DNA of 64,000 nucleotides from Octopus bimaculoides (lineage: Eukaryota), in contig NC_068981.1 of the NCBI RefSeq assembly GCF_001194135.2, positions 57,209,851-57,273,850 on the forward strand, read 5' to 3'. The notes under the pieces are model-generated. The model was not told the DNA's origin. It saw nothing but the letters and a program-made list of their open reading frames with translations, and made no database searches. A program made the translations under genes and the position numbers. Positions 24,668 to 37,810 of the stretch are shown piece by piece (the first letter of the stretch is position 1; the number at the start of each line of letters is the position of its first letter).

Positions 24668-25050
24668 GGAGGCGCAATGGCCCAGTGGTTAGAGCAGCAG
24701 ACTCGCGGTCATAGGATCACGGTTTCGATTCCCAGACCGAGTGTTGTGAGTGTTTATTGAGCGAAAACACCTAAAGCTCTACAAGGCTCCAGCAGGGGAT
24801 GGTGGTGAACCCTGCTGTACTCTTTCACCACAACTTTCTCTTACTTCCTGTTTCTGTTGCGCCTGTAATTCAAAGGGTCGGACTTGTCACACTGTGTCAC
24901 GCTGAATATCCCCAAGAACTACGTTAAGGGTACACGTGTCTGTGGAGTGCTCAGCCACTTGCACGTTAATTTCACGAGCAGGCTATTCCGTTGATCGGAT
25001 CAACTGGAACCCTCGATGTCGTAAGCGACGGAGTGCCAACAACAACAACA
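24668..25050 (+). mobile_element. Full-length tRNA-derived SINE (family D) with (CAA)n tail
   Basis: A box TGGCCCAGTGG (24678-88), B box GGTTTCGATTCCC (24721-33), 3' stem-loop gtcg-taag-cgac, tail 25037-50, possible TSD gaga(g/a)atag. Resembles published Octopus tRNA-derived SINE families (recollection). Confidence 0.9.
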
Positions 25051-25296
25051 GAGAAATAGAGGCTTTACATTCAGTTATTTGGCTTTATACTTTCGTATAA
25101 CACTGGTCATCTTTCTATTTTTTACAGAGCAGTTTAGAATAGTTTAATGATAAAAATGATGAAGTATTCAGTAAGTTGGTTTAAGATGATTTTTTTTCTT
25201 AAATACAAATATAGTCAATTGTAACTCAATCAAACCACTAACCTGATATTGTAAACGTCCCAATCATTTTGGAGTCTAGGTAATTAATCTGCATAG

Positions 25297-25517
25297 TAAT
25301 ATTGGTTTCAAATTTTAGCACCAGGCCAGCAATTTTAGGGAAGGGTTAAGTCGATTGCATCTACTCCAGTGTTCAACTGGCACTTATTTTATTGACCCAA
25401 AAAAAGATGAAAGGCAAAGTCTACCTCGGCAGCATTTGAATTCAGAATGTAAAGATGGACAAAATGCTGCTAAAGATTTTCCCTGCATTGCTAACAATTC
25501 TGCCAACTCACCACCTT
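25297..25517 (-). mobile_element. tRNA-derived SINE, family A
   Basis: Full core shared with 11625 and 14004. Confidence 0.85.
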
Positions 25518-25566
25518 AATCTATAAGGTAATATAGATTATTGGGACTCATAGCTAAATTTTTATG

Positions 25567-25728
25567 AGTGGTTGGCGTTAGGAAGGGCATCCAGCTGTAG
25601 AAACTCTGCCAAATCAGACTGGAGCCTGGTGTTGCCATCCAGTTTCACCAGTCCTCAGTCAAATCGTCCAACCCATGCTAGCATGGAAAGCGGACGTTAA
25701 ACGATGATGATGATGATGATGATGATGA
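25567..25728 (+). mobile_element. Young short element with (GAT)n tail (RTE-3'-like family)
   Basis: gagtggttggcgttaggaagggcatccagctgtagaaactctgccaaatcag...ggacgttaaacg(ATG)n; near-identical copies at 15772 (minus), 47722 and 54916. Confidence 0.85.
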
Positions 25729-25776
25729 TTATGTATGTACAGTTCCAAGGCATACTTTTACTGTTTCTTATAACAT

Positions 25777-25817
<41 letters not shown>

Positions 25818-27092
25818 CTACATTAACTCTTCACTACCTGCTTTTGCTGTGAATACGTCTCCCCCTTCTCTCTCTCTCTCCTATTCTCTGATGTGTATGT
25901 GAGTATGTGTGTGTTATAATTTTAATCAAAGGATTAAGAAGACCATTATGCAAGTAATCAGTATGTATTAAATTGGGGTTTATGCATCATTTTATGTCTT
26001 TTTTCCATACTATCATGAGTTGGACTTCACCAAACATATGTACATGCACACACATACACACACACAGATGCATATAAAGTATGTGTGTTTCTGCGTGTGT
26101 GTGTGTGGTTATGTACATGTATAAATATATATATATAGCGAGGTAGGTAGATAGACAGATAGATATGTGTACTTGTATATGCATATATATATGTGTGTGT
26201 GTGTATATGTATATATATATGAATATATATGTGTCTATACACACACACACAAGCTGTCAAGATAGATTTTCTCATGGAATTTTAGTTTTGGATTCTCGTG
26301 TGCAACTAACACCTTCACAATTACTGTTTTATGAGTATCTTTTTCCAGTTTTGGTTTTTGTCTATTTCATTATTTTATTATTATTATCATTATTATTGTT
26401 GTTATTATTGTATTCTAATCATTATATGTATTCTCAATGCCATAAATAGTCTATGACTACAATGCCATATATTCATAATGTCCCAATGCATTGCCCACAT
26501 TTTAGTGTATTACATTAGGTTCTGCGTGCTAATTAAAATTCGTGCTGAGAGGCATATAGGTGCATTGGGATTTTGTTATGCCCATAAGACTTGCTTAAAA
26601 CTGAGCTATTCGTGCAGTAAAAATTTGGAAATTTCTATCATTCCCTGTGGTCCCTTCTCCCTAATTTGATTTTGTCTTTGATCGCTAAAAGTTTAATGAG
26701 ATTCTCCATAAAAAGTGAATCCACAATCTTGAGAACTTGTACACTCCCCTAGCAATGACTAGGAAGAGATAATTTTCTCACTTTCAGCATGTTCTTGAAA
26801 TTTTTTTCTTTTTTACATTCATTTTACATTTACTTTGAGCTTTCCATGCTTCTTTCATTGTAATTGTTGCTGTTGCTCGTCTTTTTTCCCCATGTAGATG
26901 TTATTTTTGTTCTCTTTTACTTCTTTTAGTAGTAGTTGTTATCTAAAATGGATAGGAGAAACTAGACTGCATACTATTACCTTAAAGCAGCTTGAAATAA
27001 TAAATCACTTGCATATCTACAAACACAACTGTTATTTACATGAGATTGTTGTCATAAAATTGGTGTTAATATTATGTTCTTGCATTCTTGGG

Positions 27093-27429
27093 TAGTGGTT
27101 CTGAAACAGTGCAGCATGGCACACTAGTGTACCACAAGGGGTGCCTTGTCATGCTGTAGATTTTTTTTTTTTTTCAAATATAATTTAAAGCTTTAGAAAA
27201 TTCATACCAATGCTTGAGTGTCTTAAAAAAACATGTTATATACAAGTTTGATTAATGATTATACATAAATATGATAAATAAAACCAAACAAAGCAAAACT
27301 TTTCAATATTTTTCCTAAATTTTAAATGTTAAAATATAGGATTGTTTTAAATTCTCTATACAAGGTGCAGCCATAATTTTTTATTTGATTTCCATTGCAT
27401 CACAAAGTCAAAAAGATTATAAACAACTG
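27093..27429. mobile_element. Decayed hAT-type MITE
   Basis: Ends tagtggttctgaaac / gattataaacaactg (Charlie-like CAGTGGTT..AAAC); 8-bp flanks ttcttggg / ttctaggc (6/8). Confidence 0.5.
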
Positions 27430-28410
27430 TTCTAGGCCAATGCTCTTTGTATTTCATATCACTATCTCTCTCTCTCTCTCTCTCTCTCCATATATAATTT
27501 CAACAAATGGCTCTTCCTTTGGTCATTAGTTAGTTATGTCCCAGGACAATCATTTAAAAGCATTTGTGATTTTATGTGATATTTCTATAATTCCAATGGA
27601 CAGATCTTCCTTTCTTACTTGTTTCTATAAATGATTTACTTTCCATCTAGATTTAAGAGATTTCATCATACTTCTTGAACCAACAAATAATTGTACATGT
27701 ATTTTTATGAGTATATGATTACATACTTACTTATATACATGCACACTCATTTGTCATAAGTCGATAAAATAAATACCTATAAGAATGTTTCTTTGTCAGA
27801 CTATATATTTCATTATTTCATTTGGTATTCTCTCCAATTATATTTATGAGTTAGACCAGACACTGAATTGAACATGCTATTTTACCAACCTGGTCTCCAG
27901 TTTAGCAATGTGATTACAAAAGTTATTTTTACTTGTAGTAAGACATATATGGAAATTATCACAACAGCCAAGATTTACTTTCCATATGGACAAATTGTCA
28001 GAAAATCTAAAACAAAAATTACCACCCCCACCTCTAAACACACTACCTTGAAGGTGTGTCACCAACACATCTCCACCACCATCTTTTTTCTCTTTCTTTC
28101 CTTCCTTTTCTAACTGGAGTATGTTTATCTTACAAATTATTTGGTGAGTTATTTGGCAATGTTGGTGCCTTAAAAAAAGCATCCAATGCACTCTGGAAAC
28201 TGGTTGGCATCAGGAAGGGTATCCAACTGTAGAAACTATGCCAAAGCAGACAGTAGAACTTGCCACAGTCCTCTGGATTGCCAGCCTCCTGTCAAAACCT
28301 ACGCCCATGCCGGCATATGAAAAACAGTTAAATTATTATATTCTTTTATTTGTTTCTGTCATTTGACTGTGGGCATGCTGGAGCACTGCCTTTAGAGCAC
28401 ACACACACAC

Positions 28411-28452
<42 letters not shown>

Positions 28453-28770
28453 NNNNNNNNNNNNNNNNNNNNNNNNNNNNNNNNNNNNNNNNNNNNNNNN
28501 NNNNNNNNNNNNNNNNNNNNNNNNNNNNNNNNNNNNNNNNNNNNNNNNNNNNNNNNNNNNNNNNNNNNNNNNNNNNNNNNNNNNNNNNNNNNNNNNNNNN
28601 NNNNNNNNNNNNNNNNNNNNNNNNNNNNNNNNNNNNNNNNNNNNNNNNNNNNNNNNNNNNNNNNNNNNNNNNNNNNNNNNNNNNNNNNNNNNNNNNNNNN
28701 NNNNNNNNNNNNNNNNNNNNNNNNNNNNNNNNNNNNNNNNNNNNNNNNNNNNNNNNNNNNNNNNNNNNNN

Positions 28771-28810
<40 letters not shown>

Positions 28811-31800
28811 GAGAATCTCCATGAATTCAACAGAACTTTGTGTTTTTATCCAAAATGAAGACAAACACCACTCCTCCATGTGATCAGCTTGAAAAATTTG
28901 TTAGGATATTAAGATATTTTTCTTAACATGAAACCAATGGTAGCCTTAATACACAAATAAAGAAATTCTATCCACCAATGCCGTGTTGAGCACTCGTTTT
29001 ATGTATATATACATATATACAAAATGCAATTTCAAGGTACAAATTCCAAACGCAAAGGTTCTCCGTATTTCATTATCATTATTTATATCACTTATTTCTT
29101 TTGAATTGTGAGTGAGCTAAGATGATAAAAAATTCAATTGTGAAAAGATGAATAATGATTACTAATTTGTTTAAAACTTGATTCAAAATCAGTGTTTATT
29201 AGGAAAGAATACAGAGAAATTAATCCCAGTATATAATAGGTGATCTTTTTTTTTTATATGAGCCTATACTGAGGCAGTTTAGTTGTGGAGGACAAAAACA
29301 TTGTTATGAGCTCATCTCATAAAAATAATGACAATCATCATTTTACATCTGATTTCCATGTTGGCATGATACCTGTAATATACTGTAATTTATTTGTCTG
29401 TAGACTCTCTGTACATTGATCTGGGGACAAGTTTTTTAAAAAATCAATATTTTGATTTAACCTTTTACAGAATTGAATTCTTTACTAACTCAGATCTTTC
29501 ACAATTCAAAGTAAATAAGTAACTCATATAAATAATGTTGCATTATGTAGAATCTTTTGAGTTCATATTTTAAACTTTAAATTGCATTATATATATAATA
29601 TATATAATCATATATATAATGTGTGTGTGTGTGTGTGTGTGTGTATAAAGATAGATTGATTGATTTTGATTTGTTGTTTTTATTTTTGTTTCTGTCTGTG
29701 TTTTCTGACAGTTTTTCCATGGTTGGAGGGTAAATCTTGATTGTTGTGGTAATTTCTATACATGTCTTACCATGAGTAAAAGTAACTGCTTGTAACCACA
29801 TTGCCAATATTTGGAGACTCACTCATTGAGTGGTAAGGTGTAAGTTAGCCATGTTAGTTTTGGCAGAAAGAGAATTAACTAGAAATAAGGTGGATCTTAC
29901 ATCTAAAATGAAAATTCTTTGAATAGCAAAAGCAGCTTCTCTTAGATTTTGTCCAATGCCCCGAGGGAAATTAAAGGTGCACAAATCTTCGTATGAGCAG
30001 TATTCAATTAATGGCCTGGCTTGAAACTTGTAAAAGGCAAGCAGGTGCTGAAAGTCAGAATAACATGCTTCTTTGGATTGGGGAAGAAAAAAAAACAATT
30101 TCTTATCTGTAACCTCTACAACTAAGATATATTCTTGCTAGATAATATTTACTTGAGAATGTTACACCTGTTATATTGCCTGTAGAAGAGTAAAGGATAA
30201 CTGGATAAAATGCTCAAAATAGTTGTATGAGAAATGATTAGAGCTGAACAAATTAGATAGATGCTTGTTCTTACGAAATTCATTGATTTATCGTTGGTTA
30301 CTGTTGTACAGCCTTAAATAGACAGTGAGTGTTATCTAAGGCCATAGCCAAAGAGAGTTCTCTGAAATTATGCTGTCATTGCCAATTACTGCTATCCAAA
30401 GCTACAGCACTAGAGTCAATGAGGGCTGTCTGAGGTTTTAATGACATAGCCAATGAAGGCTGTAGCTATGCTGTCACAGCTAATGATTGCTAACTGCAGC
30501 TGTAATACTCTACCTAGTAAGAGTTATTTGTAACAATAATTTATTCATGTTTTTAAGTAAATCACTGCAGCTTAAAAATATTCTGATTTTAATACATCAT
30601 TATATTGTCATTTATCTTATGCCTGGCATTATTTTAGATTGATTACTCATAACTTGACATTTAAACGGTTATATTGTCTGATATGAAATTAATTTTTAAG
30701 TGCTGCATCTTTACACTAAACACAACTGGCATAAGTTTGAGTAAATTACAGTTCTTCTTTGGAAAGTTTATTTTAAATGGTCCCCACCAAAAATGAAATT
30801 AAAAACTGGAAATAGATATTTTGCTTTAAAAACTTCAATAAAAAACTAGCGAACATATACTTTGGTATATGCTCATCAGTTTGTGTTCTTACATTTACAT
30901 AGATGTAAGCCAATAATTAACTCTGCTGAGAAAATCCTATGCAAAAATAGTGTCAAAGAAAGTTTGGCAACAAACAACATTGGGATGTTATAAGCATAGA
31001 TAATAGTGGGAGTTTCTTGGAGCCATATAAATTGTAACAACCATAGAGTAATACCAAAAGAAAATAAAAACGTTTTGCCAATAAAGATTAATTTACTCCA
31101 TTTGATCTACAAAATGTATAGCCTCTGATACATGCTAATGCTGCTTCAATTTCTGTTCAGTATCATCTTCAAACAATTTGAATAGCATTGTATATATCTT
31201 AGAAATCAAAGTTAGATTTTTGTCAACTTGGCAAACATCAGAATAGGTTATTTGTTTGTTTTGTTATGTTATTATGTCATTAGTTACATTCATGATTGTG
31301 ATCCCAGAATTTTATTCACATAAAGCTACTCACAGAATGTGTAAGTAAGGAGGGAATGTGTTATGTGAATGCGTGCAGAAATGTAATGTCATGTTATCAG
31401 GTGATGTAGTTACATCAGGTTACCAAAATATTTTTATAAATGCTCTTGTGACAATCCTGTTCATTGATCTCATACATAATGATTTTTTTTTTTCTTCACA
31501 TTTTCATTTCTATTTGTTTGCTCCATTGTACTAAAACCACCATTGACCATCAAAACCAAAATTTCATATTCTATGTAATTTATTACTCTGCTCAGAGTGA
31601 CATATGCCGATGATGAGAAAAATGTAGGTAGCTTATGAGACATATCAACTCTGATATTTTCTTTTCTCTATACACTTTATTAGTATATGTATGTGTGCAT
31701 TTAGTTTCAATCCCAATGATTATTTCCTTGAATCCATCATCCTAATATATAGCAAGATAAATTGTATCACTGTCATATGTCATATATGTGATATACTGGT

Positions 31801-32290
31801 ACAATATATCAGTTCTTAAATCTTCAATGTGAACATCAAACATCATTTACTAAACAGTAAATCAAACCAACATGGCTTTATAATTACCGTAACGATGTAT
31901 ATCAATTCAGCGGTTTAAAATCTTCTGGTTTTTACAATAACAAAGTAAAAATAATAATCTCTGATTACAGAACAAAGATTTCGATGTTTATATTAGTTCT
32001 TCCTCATGATATGTTATTGTTCTCACCTGTAATATATAAAACCTGTTCAGTCTGCTTAAATGTATTTGTTCTCTTTTTTTAAGCCAAGATATGTTAAATG
32101 GATCAATGATTTAGCCAGGGACTATGAAATTACTGTGACAAACCAGATGTACTTTTTATACAAATTAGCATTAACATCTTGAGACTATAATCTGTATATA
32201 TGTGTTTGTTTACATAGTGATTTCAATTTAAAGTATAGCTCTTAATTGTTTATCCGATCAATTATCAGCATAACTTACCTTTATTTACAG

Positions 32291-32473
32291 ACTCACAATC
32301 CTTGGATGATGGAAAGCCTGAAAAAGTATCCCCAACTAACAGTGTCATATCTACAATGGCTGCTGATAGCACTGAAGATGATACAATGGGAGACTACACT
32401 TGCGAAATGTGTAGTGCCACATTTCACAGCTTAAACCAGTTTATGAACCACAGAAACTTTGAATGTCTAGGAG
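32291..32473 (+). CDS. ZNF423: Internal coding exon (183 nt, phase 1-1) with a C2HC zinc finger YTCEMCSATFHSLNQFMNHRNFEC; likely ZNF423/ZNF521 (Oaz) family N-terminal finger
   Basis: Acceptor cctttatttacAG (32289-90), donor GAG|GTAGGT (32474). C-x2-C-x12-H-x4-C spacing, acidic EDD lead-in and the exon ending two residues after the last Cys match my recollection of the first ZNF423 finger ([26 protein letters not shown]). The exon is secure; orthology is inference (Sall, BCL11, ZFP64 and E4F1 have similar C2HC fingers). Confidence 0.65.
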
Positions 32474-32703
32474 GTAGGTATTTTTCTACATTAATAAGAT
32501 CATATCATTAGAAATATAGTAAATGTAGACATTTGAATTGGATCCGTTTTGTGAAATTATTAAATATTAAAACTATATTGCTCAAAATGAAGGCCTCACA
32601 TTGTTCGCAATAATTCTTATTAAAACTGCATCAAAAATTTTTTTCACTATTCCACTTCCTGCTACTGAAAGAACATGTAGACAAAACAAATATTTTAATG
32701 TCT

Positions 32704-32788
<85 letters not shown>

Positions 32789-35633
32789 CACGCACATGCA
32801 CACACGCATTTGGAAGTGCCTAACAAAATAATCTAATTATTACTGTTGTTGTCATAGCAATAGAAAAATTCAAATTTTCTTTTAATCAAAACTCATCTAA
32901 TTATTACAAATGAGCAAATGAAAATGGTTGTATCAAATTATAAGAGTATAGTCATGATAAACACACCTGGCTCATTCCATTAACAGCAGTTTAATATGAC
33001 ATGATGTAAAGAAAGTTCTAAATTTAAAAAGACAATTATTCTATGAGTAGTGTCATGATACACAACACACCAGGACCACTCCTTTACAGCTGTTAACCAA
33101 AGGAATGGTAGCCAGTTGTAAAAGCCCATCGAATACAATGAACAGAACCAAGATATGTCAAAAGATAATATATTGTTGATCTGTTCAATGCACTCCAGCA
33201 TTAAAAAAATATATATATATATGAAACCATGATGATGATGATGTTGATGAAGACAACAACAATGATGACAAATTGTCAGATATTCTTGTTAGATCAATGA
33301 AAGAGCTACATCAGAAGTTTAGGGTCTCTGGTCAGTTGCAACTCCTAAAACTTAAGTCTTTTGGTTCGTTCATGTCACATTTCTGGAAATAACATCTGTT
33401 AATTACTCACCATGGCTTCTTTAACTTCTGTCAGATTTCAGAGAGTAAAAAATATTTTGTCTGCCAGAATATTAAAATGACAATGTAGGTAAATGATGCT
33501 AAGTGTCTCAACTTACTATGGAAACTAGTTCTAGAATGAAGATTCGAAAGGAAATGTATCAGAGATAAAGTTTTTATTGTAATGACATCATAAGTGCATC
33601 ACAGGATGTGATCTAACTTTGCAAGAGTAAAGAATGCAATCTACAGATTCATAAAATGAATGTTATTGCTAAATATGAAAACACCTAGCGGGAAGTCTGT
33701 TGTAGTTCTGTGCAAATTATGACTTGCTGTCTTAGGATTATTAGTAGATTGTTATCTAATTGACTTAATTCAGGAAATATATTAGGATAGTGGTTATTGC
33801 GGTGAACCCATGAAACTTTAAGTTAGTGGATGATTGTGATGACCAAATGCTAGCACTGGTATTGTGGTGTGTAAGAGAGATTACATATGAAATGCACAAG
33901 AATATCTGTAAGGCTGTTGTATGAATCTATCTGAAAATATGATGTAACACTTTATATGAACGCTGAGAGTTAGATTGAAGATGCTGAAGTAAATGATTCT
34001 AATCTCTGTAAACTGATGAAACCTTATCTAAGAGGATATGGATGTGGTCAGTATTATCATCTCTCACAATAATGCTTTGATATTTATCCCAAAAAAAGGT
34101 AAAGATGACTCCAGTGGAATTTGAACCCATGGTTAATGTGCTATTGAGTTTTGTATAATTCAAGACATTAAGGTCACCAACTCTGTTCAAACCATGCCAA
34201 CATGGAAGACAGATGTTAACTGATGGTGGTGGTGGTGGTGGTGGCGGCGGCAGCAGCGGTGAGGCNNNNNNNNNNNNNNNNNNNNNNNNNNNNNNNGGGG
34301 GGGGGGGGGGAGGAAGTAACAGAACTTTTAATATGTGCATAAAAAAAAATACAATCAAAAACTACTTGTTGTATAAAATAGTAGTGAAGCATTTTTTTAT
34401 ATACCAATTTCTCTAGTATGTATGGAGAATTTGGTCATAGCACAAGGAAAGAAGTAGGTGTTTTGTAATACATAGATAACATAGCAGTGAATGTGATGGT
34501 AATTGTGAGAGTGTTTCAAAACAAAGTTAGGTCTACAATACAGTTACTTGAAAGACAGTTTAGTGATACAGAAAATACTTCAGTGGTTGTACATTTACAG
34601 ATAGGTACTGGTTTTGAATAGTATTGAAAATAGTAGGCAATTCCTCAGGGATGAAGCATGTGCTTGGAGTGAATGTTCATTTAGGCAACATGGTAGTGAA
34701 ATAATAGCATTCTAGATCAAGCAATAAAAGATAAAAGTCAAGCTTGGAAAGTGTGGAAGAAAGATAGTTGCAGACAAGACAATTATATATGGCCTGTTGA
34801 CACCATATTTGCTATTCATCTCTATGCTCCATTAACTCTTAATATCTGGCTAACTGATAGGTAACCAGTAAAATAATTAACTAACTTGTTTTCTGAAGTT
34901 TCATTATAGATAACTGCTTCATTTGTATCAGATGCATTCAGAAGTTTCACACCATTCTCATCTATAATAGTATGTATGTTCAGAGATTCTATCTAGAACT
35001 TTTTAGCTAATGCCAGTACTACTACTATTATTTCCTGACCAAAAGAATATACAACTATCCTGACTCTTTCTAATGATTAGTCTCAATATGCTTTCAATTT
35101 CTCTTCTCAGTTTATAGGCCTGATGTCATCTACAGCACAAAAACACTCTACAGGCAAAATTTCATATACTCCAATGTATACAACTAGATATCCAAAGGCA
35201 CTGTGTGCATTATATGTGTGTGTGTGTTTATACATACATATGCACACACATGCATAGACTATATACTCATTGTATTGATCAAAGTTGATTGTTACTTACT
35301 AACACATTGAATAGATTCAGAAGTAAAATGTGAAATCAAAACAGGAACAGCAAAATGACACAGCATAAACTATGATTGAAATCATTTAAATATTAGAAGG
35401 CCTAGCTGTGTATACTTACATTATCATTTCTCTCACTGATAGACTTTCCAATGTTCAAATTTATATCAGCCTTTCTGATTTGCACTGTGTTATACATAAA
35501 ATTATATTATTAGAGTAGTATAGTTTGCATGAATCATTATCTGGTATAGATAAATGATTATAAGTTTTTTAAAACCAAAACAATGCAAGTTATAAGAAAT
35601 AATACAAGTTGATGGTTTGTAATTTTATTGTAT

Positions 35634-35673
35634 ATTTCAATATTTCGGGGTTAGGATCACCTCTTCAGAAAAT
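35634..35673 (-). ncRNA. Minimal hammerhead-like motif, intact core
   Basis: ATTTT CTGAAGA GGTG-atcctaa-CCCC GAAA TATT GAAAT, with AATAAA 4 nt downstream: stem I 5 bp (1 GU), stem II 3/4 pairs, loopless palindromic stem III (AATATT), AUU triplet. Confidence 0.5.
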
Positions 35674-36953
35674 CTCTTCAGAGAGATGGTGTTGTGAGAC
35701 GACTTTTCTCTTCTGTAGTGTGTTTATATGATGGGTTGGCAAGCCATAAAAACACAAATGTACAAATTCAGCTGTCGACTACAGTTGTAACCTAATTTAT
35801 GGCTGGTTTGTATAGCAGCTGCATATACTGTGTTCCTGAAGGGGAACTGCATGCAGTTATGTCTTTTCTGAGGAGCAGTTAACAAATCATGAAATAGTCC
35901 ATCAGGAAACTCCCCACTTTTATTTTTTCTGCTTATGAGGAAGCTTTCTGTACTATACAAAGAGTGTGTTTACATTCCTATCACAGCTAGACTTCATAAT
36001 ATTTAAAAGAAATTTAGTAGTTTCTTTTGAAATGCTACTGAAAATCTTTGTTGTAAGTGCAAGAACATGTACTTCTGAAAGTTATGTTTTTTTTAATAAC
36101 CTTCTATAATAGGTACAATAAGAAAAAAAAAAGATAGACATGTTCCTGCCATAGCCATTCAGTCAATATATTGTTTACTTTATGCAAAACATATTATTTA
36201 TCATTTAATGTCAAACTTTTCGCTGCACCAACTACAACCTGTGATCTGCTCACTAACACAATTCCACTGCATCTAGTTTGTGGTGAGTTTGTTGTTGGTT
36301 GGTATAACAAATGATAAATGTTTCAGTAAAGTTAACAGTCTTTGCATAGTTTTAAATGGTTGATATGTGTCTTCCGTGCTGCAATCATATTAGTTGCAAC
36401 ACACAATCTCAGATCAAATCACTAACCTGGCAAGTACATCTCTGAAATATATTGTTTAATATAATGTTAAAATTGGAACAACTGAAAAGATTAGTCCCTT
36501 GAAATCACTGCCATCAGCCTTCTGTAAAGATGTAAAAGAGATAATCTGGAGTATAAACACTGTCATTATGAAATATATCAAGTATATCATTTTATGTCCA
36601 TATTCCAATAATGAAAGTGTGTGCATATGTGTGTATATGCACAAACATATATCTGTATGTGTATGTGTATACATATATACACACACATATACACATATAT
36701 AACCCAGAACACACACATTTGAAAAGCTGAACACAATGTGAAAACTTCTTTCAGCAAAGTTTGTGTCATTCTGTTTTTTGAAAAAATATTTTTAATGATT
36801 AATAATTTTTTAGAAAATCTTTCTTTACATAATGTAACTGTATCAAATATTTTTAAAGGCTCTCACCTTCACTTATAAATTCACCAAAATCTCTAACAAT
36901 GAAATTAGTATTATCATTACAGCAAGACATATTCTTATCAGTTTCAAGGGTGG

Positions 36954-36990
<37 letters not shown>

Positions 36991-37461
36991 CGTGCATGCA
37001 TACACACCTATGTAAAAATGGGATTCTTTTCTCCAACCCATCATGGCTTTTTCTCAGTCATTATTATTCTGTCTCTTGGACCACATTGCTTTCTATCACC
37101 ATTCTATCCTCCTGGTCAATTTTTCCAGTACATTCATACACATCTCAGAATACTGAATCTCTCTATTCATTCATACTTCTATCACATCCCTCTTATCACT
37201 TATCACTTGTCACTAACCTCTATTATTCTCCCATTATTTCTCACTCACCATACTTGGCTGTTAATGAGACTAAGGAAAGAAATGGATCTCTCCTTTGCAC
37301 TGCAACCAGTGTGTGTGATCATCAGCAGCAGCAACATTTAATGTCTGTTTCCCATGCTGGCATGGGTTGGACAGTTGACAGGATCTGGCAAGCTACAATG
37401 TCAGTCTTGGCATGGTTTCTATGGTTAGTTGCCCTTCCTAACACCTATATATGTGTGTGTG

Positions 37462-37810
37462 AAGGCAAGGATGTGTGGCTGAGAAGCTCATTTCCCAACC
37501 ACATAGTTTTGGGTTCAGTCCCACTAAACAGCACTTTAGTGTCTTCTACTACAGACCCTTGGAGGTAAATTTGATAAGTGGAAACAAAAAGAAACCTGTT
37601 ATACATACACATGTTGTTTGTGTATGTGTATTTGTGTTTGTGTTTCTTCTTCTCTTGAGATTGTAAGATTGTTGTAAACAACTGTTATCATCATACAAGT
37701 GGTGTTGTTTGTTCACAATCTGCCACAAAAACATGACTTGCCATGCAGAAATGTTGCCGTCCTTGGAAACAAGTGAAAGTTGACTGTATGAAGAGCATCA
37801 GGCTATAGGA
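37462..37810 (+). mobile_element. SINE family B variant (decayed)
   Basis: gtgtggctgagaagctcatttcccaaccacatagttttgggttcagtccc head, (TG)n middle, 3' part shared with the minus-strand copy at ~12560-12890. Confidence 0.6.

Larger units (their letters stand above)
458..32290 (+). other. Intron (~31.8 kb) between the two visible exons
   Basis: GT at 458, AG at 32289-90; no convincing phase-1 exon found between them. Exons hidden in gaps or missed by eye cannot be excluded. Confidence 0.6.

Noticed and set aside
24671-24740. Possible tRNA gene
   Set aside because: A and B boxes are present, but there is no acceptor-stem closure and it continues into a 310-bp SINE body with a (CAA)n tail.
28336-28883. 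Long ORFs with YI/CV/SL/RE repeats and X runs (also 41830-42653, 43824-44360, 46232-46702, 50775-51132)
   Set aside because: Translations of microsatellites and N-gaps, not genes.
33225-33392. Acidic open frame HDDDDVDEDNNNDDKLSDIL...
   Set aside because: Arises from a (GAT)n/(AAC)n microsatellite; no acceptor or start codon.
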